Part shown: positions 1 to 6,397 of the stretch, in pieces
How the letters are laid out: every line of letters starts with the position of its first letter
Numbering within the stretch: position 1 is the stretch's first letter
IMG/VR virus record: IMGVR_UViG_3300033067_001889
Span: 1-29,004 of that record
Direction: 5' to 3' (one strand)
Length of the DNA: 29,004 nucleotides
From: a virus
Lineage: Duplodnaviria > Caudoviricetes
The notes under the pieces: model-generated
The model's database searches: none
The model's input: the letters and a program-made list of their open reading frames with translations, nothing else
Told to the model about the DNA's origin: nothing
Translations under genes and position numbers: made by a program

Positions 1-14
1 ATTTCTTCCATGAT

Positions 15-236
15 CTAAAACTTCTCCTTGCAATCTTTGTTGCGCTTATTCTTTGAAATTTCTTTTTCTTCAGAAGTTAATTCATCTACTGAAGCAAGTG
101 ATATAGCCTCACATATACTTATATGTCTACTAATGTCAGGACCTTTAACCTTATTTTCAATAACTTCTAAATATATTTTTAGTCCTTCTTCTACAAGCTT
201 AAGTTTAATCTGTAGTATTTGTTTAGTATTTTTCAT
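15..236 (-). CDS. hypothetical early protein (N-terminus paralogous to 505..852)
   Basis: 73 aa ORF; ATGA overlap with upstream gene; shares IKLKL.E..L..Y and ICE.(I/L)S with 505..852. Confidence 0.7.
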   Translation of the reverse strand: MKNTKQILQIKLKLVEEGLKIYLEVIENKVKGPDISRHISICEAISLASVDELTSEEKEISKNKRNKDCKEKF

Positions 237-508
237 TTTAATTGATTATTATATGCGTTTACAATGTGATGGAATTGAGTAATTATTTTAATAACTGTAC
301 TATACTTAATAGCATATTCTTGTTGATATAAATAATAATCTCCAAATCTTTTTACCAATTTTAACCAATCTATTTTATCCTTTGATAGAAGTAGTTTTTT
401 AATTAATACAGATGGTTCATATTCATCTTGAAGAACTAAAGTGAAATACTGCTTTGCTTTATCTCCAACATTAGTTACATTTTTATAAATAAAGGTATAA
501 GCTTTCAT
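233..508 (-). CDS. hypothetical protein
   Basis: 91 aa ORF in a chain of 4-bp start/stop overlaps. Confidence 0.7.
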   Translation of the reverse strand: MKAYTFIYKNVTNVGDKAKQYFTLVLQDEYEPSVLIKKLLLSKDKIDWLKLVKRFGDYYLYQQEYAIKYSTVIKIITQFHHIVNAYNNQLK

Positions 509-852
509 TTTAATTGTTCTTTATAAAATTCAATAAGTTCTGTCATTATCTTTATTCTTATTCTTCTGTTCCTTACATTCCACCAATATGCACCATGATG
601 TTTTGGTTCATACTTCTTTAATTCATGAAATATTGTAGTTGCACATCTAATAGATATTATATCATAACTAACACTAGTAGATTCATACCTATAATTTAAG
701 TATCTACATTCATTTGCAGTTAAATAGTTATTAGAGTTTATACTTAATAACTCACATATACCACTACTTTCTTTAGTATTCTTTTTATAATGATATAAAG
801 CATTCTCCATTAACTTGAGCTTTATTCTAAACTCTTTCTTACTCTTTCTCAT
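505..852 (-). CDS. hypothetical protein
   Basis: 115 aa ORF, 4-bp overlaps on both sides. Confidence 0.75.
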   Translation of the reverse strand: MRKSKKEFRIKLKLMENALYHYKKNTKESSGICELLSINSNNYLTANECRYLNYRYESTSVSYDIISIRCATTIFHELKKYEPKHHGAYWWNVRNRRIRIKIMTELIEFYKEQLK

Positions 853-1148
853 AGTATTTTATTTGCTATTCTTTTAATAATTTCTATTTTAATCTCTTTA
901 CTATGATCTTTATCATCTATATCAAATGGTAAAGTAAATAGTAGTTCATAATCATAATCTATTGTATAGTTACTACCTATAATCCATTCTAATAACTCTA
1001 ATAAGAAGAATAATTTTCTTTTCTTTATTATTTTTTTATAGAAACAAGTAGTTTTTTCATTATGTATAACAGGTGTTCCAAATATATTAAGACCTACAGG
1101 AAATACTTCATAGTATATTACTCTGTCAAATATCTTTATTTCTTTCAT
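849..1148 (-). CDS. hypothetical protein
   Basis: 99 aa ORF, 4-bp overlaps on both sides. Confidence 0.7.
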   Translation of the reverse strand: MKEIKIFDRVIYYEVFPVGLNIFGTPVIHNEKTTCFYKKIIKKRKLFFLLELLEWIIGSNYTIDYDYELLFTLPFDIDDKDHSKEIKIEIIKRIANKIL

Positions 1149-1447
1149 AGCCTATCTATATCTTCTAATCTATATACTCTTTCTAAGAAATTAGTTTTAG
1201 TTGCTAATTCATCTTTGAATTTAACAAGAGCTATTTTACTATTTTTAACAAGTATCTTGCATATTTTATCCATTTTATCTATTTTATTCCATGCACATGC
1301 CCATATTGGATAATATTCTGCTTTCATATCAAACTCTGTATCATCTTCTTCAAGTATATTTGGATTGTGTAGTATACCTTCTTCTAATGCTTTTGTTACA
1401 TCATTAATAAAGGCTTCATCATATTCTTTTATATTTGTCTGAAACAT
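1145..1447 (-). CDS. hypothetical protein
   Basis: 100 aa ORF, A-rich leader AAAACTATT-ATG. Confidence 0.75.
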   Translation of the reverse strand: MFQTNIKEYDEAFINDVTKALEEGILHNPNILEEDDTEFDMKAEYYPIWACAWNKIDKMDKICKILVKNSKIALVKFKDELATKTNFLERVYRLEDIDRL

Positions 1448-1458
1448 AATAGTTTTAT

Positions 1459-1743
1459 TTAATGTTTATATTCATTTTCTGCAATTATTCCACTTTGTTC
1501 TTCTATTTTTCTTTCAAACAGCCATTGAGTAATTGCTATTTGTTTTGTATCTTCATGTAATCTTATCCATTTTAAAGGAAGCCATATATAATTAATATCA
1601 AAATACTTTTCATCTTGAAAAGGAGATATTTGAATATCTAATTTTATTAGTATTGCTTTTTCTGTTTTCCTTTTTATATCAATATATGAAAAATAATGTA
1701 ATGGAGCAGTATCTTTTTGATAATCTGGATAATATTTTTCCAT
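1459..1743 (-). CDS. hypothetical phage protein (TEKAILI...WLP motif)
   Basis: 94 aa ORF; TEKAILI and IWLPLKWI resemble a small uncharacterised phage family; A-rich leader. Confidence 0.75.
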   Translation of the reverse strand: MEKYYPDYQKDTAPLHYFSYIDIKRKTEKAILIKLDIQISPFQDEKYFDINYIWLPLKWIRLHEDTKQIAITQWLFERKIEEQSGIIAENEYKH

Positions 1744-1897
1744 ATAATAGTTTTTAATTGGTTAGTGAAAAAAATAACTAATAGCCTAAAGAATAAAGAG
1801 GCGGCAGCTCCCTGGTTTTATACTTTGTACCAGCATAATTGCTGTCAGTACACTGCCTTGCATTATCTATAAACTTATCGTTTCATGTAAAAGTGTT

Positions 1898-2068
1898 TTA
1901 CAGTTTGCTGCTGCCTATTGGACCATGTTTCTTTTTAACATAGGTACCCTTAACTTCACTATCCCAAATTAATCTTCCTCTTCTTACATATCTAAATGTA
2001 GGTACGAAGTTTCTTGAATTACTAAAGCTATTAAAGAATCTAGCTATGGTTGCGAATGTTTTTGTCAT
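1898..2068 (-). CDS. small basic hypothetical protein (56 aa), not in ORF track
   Basis: ATG at 2068 to TAA at 1898: MTKTFATIARFFNSFSNSRNFVPTFRYVRRGRLIWDSEVKGTYVKKKHGPIGSSKL; has the same ACTATTA leader as neighbouring genes. Confidence 0.6.
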   Translation of the reverse strand: MTKTFATIARFFNSFSNSRNFVPTFRYVRRGRLIWDSEVKGTYVKKKHGPIGSSKL

Positions 2069-2101
2069 GATAATAGTATTTAGTTTGTTTTATAATTAAA
2101 A

Positions 2102-2299
2102 TTAAGTCTTATTTCTACATTTATAGCAAGTACAAATCTCTTTCTTAAATCTACCACAACCACTTGCATAAATGTATCCTTCGTCTATTAATTTCTGGTA
2201 TTTACCTGTCTTTTTCCACATGTCTAAGGTACGTGGATTTGTAATCCTTAATACACCATAACATGGTGTATCAGTTTTCATAAATCCAAAATAATTCAT
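2102..2299 (-). CDS. small Cys-rich protein, possible Zn-binding
   Basis: 65 aa; C-terminal GCGRFKKEICTCYKC; 4-bp overlap with upstream gene. Confidence 0.65.
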   Translation of the reverse strand: MNYFGFMKTDTPCYGVLRITNPRTLDMWKKTGKYQKLIDEGYIYASGCGRFKKEICTCYKCRNKT

Positions 2300-2622
2300 A
2301 ATGTGTCTTTTAGAGCTATCTTAGTTTGTATTCCAGTAAGATTATCCATAAAATAAAGGGTATCTCCTTTATAATAATAGGTTTCATCATTATGAGGACC
2401 TACAAAATAAGCTACTGAGTCACAATAAGGACTAAAGAACAGATTATCTTCAATGGCATTGTGATGCCAGTTTGGATGCTGTGCTTTTATCTCATTATAA
2501 TAGTATTGGTCACTACCCTCTTTACAATAATTCTTATTATATAATATCATTACTATAATGACTATTGCAGTCATAATAACTGATATAATAATATTAATTG
2601 AGGTATAATTAGGCTTTTTCAT
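2296..2622 (-). CDS. single-pass membrane-anchored or exported protein
   Basis: Basic N-terminus then hydrophobic IIISVIMTAIVIIVMILY, then a soluble domain with two Cys. Confidence 0.75.
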   Translation of the reverse strand: MKKPNYTSINIIISVIMTAIVIIVMILYNKNYCKEGSDQYYYNEIKAQHPNWHHNAIEDNLFFSPYCDSVAYFVGPHNDETYYYKGDTLYFMDNLTGIQTKIALKDTL

Positions 2623-2657
2623 TGGTAATAGTTTATGTGTGTGGTTAATAATAGTTT

Positions 2658-2696
2658 TAAAACAAGTAAGTCAGACTTAAAATCATCTGACTTACT
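2658..2696 (-). terminator. perfect 11-bp hairpin, probable intrinsic terminator or processing stem
   Basis: AGTAAGTCAGA (2665-2675) / TCTGACTTACT (2686-2696), followed on the minus strand by TGTTTT. Confidence 0.55.
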
Positions 2697-2836
2697 AAGA
2701 TCATTATATAAAGATAACTTATCCCTCTGTATTTAGTTATAATAGAGAACTTTAATTAGTTGGGTTCTTGTACTATTATAACTACCTGACCTTGGGAATC
2801 AGGAATGATACATTAATAATTATGTTGTGTGTGTTT

Positions 2837-2876
2837 AAAAACAGAGAACTACAGCTGTTGAGCCATAGTCCTATGT
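2837..2876 (-). terminator. intrinsic terminator after the OB-fold gene
   Basis: Minus strand AGGACTATGGCT-CAAC-AGCTGTAGTTCT with G-U pairs, followed by CTGTTTTT, about 20 nt after the stop codon. Confidence 0.65.
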
Positions 2877-2893
2877 TGTGGTAGTGGTAAAGC

Positions 2894-3274
2894 CTATCCT
2901 AATGTAGGCTGTGTTGCAGGAACAGTCCTGGAAGTAGTTGTTGCAGTTTCAAAGGCAACATCAAAATCAAAATCTTCCAAGGATGCTCTTTCAGCATAAG
3001 GTAAATGAGAAACTCTCAAGTACACTACAGCACCTGCATCAGTATCAACCATATCAGCTGTAGCAAGATATTTACTACCAACTGTCATACCATGAGCAAT
3101 ACTTTTCTCAAAGATTTGTGCAGAGGCTTGAACCACTTTATCTTTTGCATTTACGAAAGAGATTGTTGCAACACGATACTTGGTTCTTTTCTCGTTATTA
3201 AGTTCCAAAGTGTCGTTACCAATTGATAACAATGTGGCTTCAAATTGAATACTGTTTTCACTAATACGTTTCAT
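2894..3274 (-). CDS. putative OB-fold single-stranded nucleic-acid-binding protein
   Basis: Pattern of strands FEATLLSI / YRVATISF / ASAQIF, short helix, VGSKYLATA / VYLRVS, then acidic-aromatic EDFDFD and a low-complexity tail. Fold inferred by eye. Confidence 0.6.
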   Translation of the reverse strand: MKRISENSIQFEATLLSIGNDTLELNNEKRTKYRVATISFVNAKDKVVQASAQIFEKSIAHGMTVGSKYLATADMVDTDAGAVVYLRVSHLPYAERASLEDFDFDVAFETATTTSRTVPATQPTLG

Positions 3275-3934
3275 AATGTTATTGATTTATATGATTAAGG
3301 AAATAAGATACAATGTTAAGGTAGGCTTTACCATTAAGGATTTACCCTACTTGTATAGTACTGCATATAGTTAGCAAATAGTTTAAATAATCATCATAAC
3401 CAAACTAATAAATATTGTGATGATGCAACAAGGTTGCTATAAAGCTATGTTACTTGTTGACTTGAAAAGGCTATTATATACTATGATACCAATTAATGGC
3501 ATTATGGATATATAACAAATTAGGTGGGGTAGGTAGACCTGCTCAAGTACTACAACTAACTCCTTGTAACCCAACACTTTAGTAAGACCTAAACCATAGT
3601 AATTAACTATGATTGAAGGTCAAGAATAGGGAAGGGGGCGAAATAGGTGGCTGTGTTTAAAGTAATAAGGCTTAATATGATTACTATATATATATATTGT
3701 ATAACAATGATGATTTGTATTCATTGTTACTATGTATATATAATAGTAAAGATATTACTACTAACTACTATGATAAACATTGGCACCAACTTTGCCAAGT
3801 TTGAGGAAGACTTTGTGATGACTTTGTTACAATAATAATACTCCCCTGGAAATAAACTCTGCCTTGTCATCATAGGGGGGGGATGTCTTCCCTGAAAATA
3901 TGGGAGGGGGTGATGTAGGGGGTCCTCCTCGTTT

Positions 3935-4051
3935 TCATAATTTTTCAATTTTTTAAGATTAGAAAAATTTTTTTTATAATTTTTAAACCTCTTACTTAAT
4001 ACTCTCATAATTTTTAAAGTTGGAAAAATTTTTTAATAATTTTTTAAAAAA
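3935..4051. repeat. imperfect AT-rich direct repeat with repeated A/T tracts
   Basis: TCATAATTTTT...GAAAAATTTTTT..ATAATTTTT.AA at about 3935-3987 and 4005-4051. Confidence 0.7.
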
Positions 4052-4121
4052 TTTAAATTTTAGTCTAAAAAATGTGCCCCCCACACAAAAAAAGCTATTA
4101 CAAACTATTTTTAATCAACAC

Positions 4122-4152
4122 TTGGAAAGTTGGCAAATTTAGCATAGTTTTG
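4122..4152 (+). promoter_or_regulatory. Bacteroidota primary-sigma promoter (rightward)
   Basis: TTG (4122-4124), 20 nt spacer, TAGTTTTG (4145-4152); matches TTTG-N19-21-TAnnTTTG consensus. Confidence 0.7.
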
Positions 4153-4164
4153 CAGGGTGTCAAA
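4134..4164 (-). promoter_or_regulatory. Bacteroidota primary-sigma promoter (leftward)
   Basis: Minus strand TTTG (4164-4161), 19 nt spacer, TAAATTTG (4141-4134). Confidence 0.65.
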
Positions 4165-4375
4165 GAAAAGAAGCAAAAGAAAGTTTTTTTTATTTATATA
4201 TCTCTGTATAATCTTGTATTATATACTAAGTTTGTTACAGAGGTAAAGAGGTAAAGTGTGTTCTATAGGAGAGGATCCTTAGAACTGACTACATAGACAA
4301 ATATATGTAGTTTCTTATTATAGGGTTTTGGTTAGATTAAGAGGAGGTACATTCCCAGTGTATCTCCTTTTTTTT
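4157..4375 (+). ncRNA. candidate ~220 nt non-coding RNA
   Basis: Bounded by a consensus promoter and a strong terminator; only ATG inside is ATG-TAG at 4305; hairpins at 4260-4286 and 4288-4312. Confidence 0.5.
4341..4375 (+). terminator. intrinsic terminator
   Basis: GAGGAGGTACAT-loop-GTGTATCTCCTT running into a T8 tract. Confidence 0.8.
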
Positions 4376-4438
4376 ATACCTATTATTTGTTGATGGGTAT
4401 AAATATTAAAGTTTTTTATTAATTTTTATTAAAAAATT

Positions 4439-4469
4439 TTTGAATATAGAATTATTTGTTATACCTTTG
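4439..4469 (+). promoter_or_regulatory. Bacteroidota primary-sigma promoter for the packaging operon
   Basis: TTTG (4439-4442), 19 nt spacer, TACCTTTG (4462-4469), directly upstream of first plus-strand gene. Confidence 0.8.
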
Positions 4470-4485
4470 CGTTATATTTATATAA

Positions 4486-4866
4486 TTGTATGTGATGAAA
4501 GATGTAAAAACTATTAAAAAACTATTGAGGGTACCTACAGATGTTTTCTATGTAAAGTATCTACAACTATTAAATCCACTATTTCCTGTAGAACTTACTA
4601 TGAAAGAGATTGAGGTACTATCCTCATTCATGGCTCTTGATAAGAGTATTATTGGTGAAAGTATTATTAATACTTTATCAAGGAAACTGGTTAAGAATAA
4701 ATTAGGATTATCCTCTGCAGGGTTAACTAATTATATTACTTCAATAGTAGATAAGGGATATCTTATAAAGAATCCTCTTACAGGGATACTTAAACTTAAT
4801 CCTTATGTTAATGTTGATTCTGATATTTTAAAATTTGAGATAATTTTAGATAAGAATGAAAATTGA
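4486..4866 (+). CDS. winged helix-turn-helix DNA-binding protein (RepL/MarR-like); probable start ATG 4495
   Basis: LTMKEIEVL...SRKLVKNKLGLSSAGLTNYITSIVDKGYLIK...LNP is a wHTH pattern. Confidence 0.7.
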   Translation: MYVMKDVKTIKKLLRVPTDVFYVKYLQLLNPLFPVELTMKEIEVLSSFMALDKSIIGESIINTLSRKLVKNKLGLSSAGLTNYITSIVDKGYLIKNPLTGILKLNPYVNVDSDILKFEIILDKNEN

Positions 4867-5170
4867 GTTCAGAGATCTTGTTAAGGAATTCTATGATAAG
4901 AATAAGGAGAGTATTGGAAGTTACTCTTTCGAGAGAGTTTATAGTATATGCTCCTTTATTTTTATTTGTACAAAGAGATTCATGGAAAATGGCACATTCC
5001 CAAACATAAGATTACAATATTTTGGTAACTTTCTTGTAAGGAGAAAAAGAGTTGAATCAGAGAATATGAAGCTGAAGGAAAACTTTGAAAATAAAGTTAT
5101 TGATGCAAAGACATATTTTGAATATAGTAAAGTTTTAAAAAATTATTTAAATGAGTTACAAGATAAATGA
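4856..5170 (+). CDS. IHF/HU-like DNA-bending protein
   Basis: NIRLQYFGNFLVRRKR matches the HU/IHF I.L.GFG.F.V..R signature; IHF-like genes are typical of crAss-like phages. Confidence 0.75.
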   Translation: MKIEFRDLVKEFYDKNKESIGSYSFERVYSICSFIFICTKRFMENGTFPNIRLQYFGNFLVRRKRVESENMKLKENFENKVIDAKTYFEYSKVLKNYLNELQDK

Positions 5171-5426
5171 AGTTAGTGTAGGAGAGATTAAACAAGGAGT
5201 TGTAAGGACAGTATCTTTTACACTAAGCCAGGATGTATCTGAAATAGAAAAAATAGAAAGTACATGCTCATGTACTACAACCAGGACAGTAGGAAATAAG
5301 ATGAAAGTAAATTATAAACCTAAGAAAACTGCTATACAAAGATTACCTATTGAAAAGGAAATAGGAGTAATGTATAAAGATGGAAGTATGGAACTTTTAG
5401 TAATTAAAGCAATAGTAATAAAATGA
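5151..5426 (+). CDS. DUF1573-like Ig-fold protein
   Basis: VGEIKQG..RTVSFTL...IEKIESTCSCTT resembles the DUF1573 I..V..SCGCT motif common in Bacteroidota. Confidence 0.6.
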   Translation: MSYKINEVSVGEIKQGVVRTVSFTLSQDVSEIEKIESTCSCTTTRTVGNKMKVNYKPKKTAIQRLPIEKEIGVMYKDGSMELLVIKAIVIK

Positions 5427-5920
5427 TTGACACAGCAACAACACAGAAGATTAAAACTCTACACCCTATAATTAGGACTGATGTAGAGAGTATAGTAAAA
5501 TACATTAATGAGAAGGTACTTACTGGTAAAGCTAAGGTAAGGATTACCCAGGGATATAGGACTTTTGAAGAACAGGCTGCACTTTATAATCAGGGGAGAA
5601 CAAAACCTGGTAAGATTGTAACTAATGCAAGAGCTGGTTTCTCTTATCATAATTATGGATTGGCATTTGATATATGTCTACTTATAGATGGTAAGGAAGT
5701 TTCCTGGGATATTAATAAGGATTTTGATGGAGATCTCAAATCAGATTGGAAAGAAGTAGCTGAAACTTTTAAGTATCGTGGTTACTTTTGGGGTGGAGAT
5801 TATAAGAATACTAAGGATTATCCACACTTTGACAAGAGTAATGATTATAGTATTAGTTCATTACTTAAGTATTATGAAGAAAAGAAATTTATTGATGGAA
5901 CTAAATATGTAAAATTGTAA
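5423..5920 (+). CDS. M15 family Zn peptidase (L-Ala-D-Glu endopeptidase), endolysin
   Basis: GYRTFEEQAALYNQGRT, SYHNYGLAFD, WGGD, DYPHF motifs. Confidence 0.9.
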   Translation: MIDTATTQKIKTLHPIIRTDVESIVKYINEKVLTGKAKVRITQGYRTFEEQAALYNQGRTKPGKIVTNARAGFSYHNYGLAFDICLLIDGKEVSWDINKDFDGDLKSDWKEVAETFKYRGYFWGGDYKNTKDYPHFDKSNDYSISSLLKYYEEKKFIDGTKYVKL

Positions 5921-5931
5921 AATTATTAATT

Positions 5932-6396
5932 ATGTTTAAAAAATTTAAGACAAAAGAAGGTGAAGTATTTGAAGCATTTAGATGTAAAAAGAAAAACATT
6001 AGAAAGATACTTGATATGAGTATTGAAGGACTTTCTGAAAAAAGAGTACAGCTAATAATAGACTTAACTGCTCTATTTTGTGGATGTTATGATGGATTAC
6101 CTGTAGACAAAGGATACTGGGTTGTTATAAAGAATGATGATGATTTTTGTCTTTATGGTCATAATTTATTTAAGAATAAATTTAAACTTAAAGAAAGAAA
6201 GGAAACAAGAAAAATACAATATACTGGAAAAAATTATCCTGAAGTATTAGATTTCTTTTATCCAGATGGTTTAGATAAAGAAGAATATGAAAGATTTCAA
6301 GAATATATAGAAACTTTTGTAAAAGAAGGAGATTGGCTTTTAACAGGTAATGAAAGAAATGGTTATGTTGAAATTTATACAAAAGTAAAAAAATAA
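5932..6396 (+). CDS. hypothetical phage protein with two degenerate copies of one small domain
   Basis: EAFRC...VDKGYWVV and IQYTGKNYPEVLDF...VKEGDWLL. Confidence 0.7.
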   Translation: MFKKFKTKEGEVFEAFRCKKKNIRKILDMSIEGLSEKRVQLIIDLTALFCGCYDGLPVDKGYWVVIKNDDDFCLYGHNLFKNKFKLKERKETRKIQYTGKNYPEVLDFFYPDGLDKEEYERFQEYIETFVKEGDWLLTGNERNGYVEIYTKVKK

Positions 6397-6397
6397 C

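Noticed and set aside
1799-1916. tRNA or hammerhead ribozyme
   Set aside because: No T-loop GTTC, wrong arm sizes, and no CUGANGA...GAAA core in correct order
3647-4254. ORFs 3647..3835 (+), 3730..4008 (-), 4072..4254 (+)
   Set aside because: They translate TA repeats, G/C tracts and A/T tracts, and overlap promoters and hairpins; likely spurious
4298-4305. Minus-strand -7 box TATATTTG
   Set aside because: No TTG at the -33 position; likely chance in AT-rich DNA
3275-4485. CRISPR array or DGR template repeat
   Set aside because: No regularly spaced identical repeats; no reverse transcriptase, and no adenine-only-variant repeat pair seen in the window
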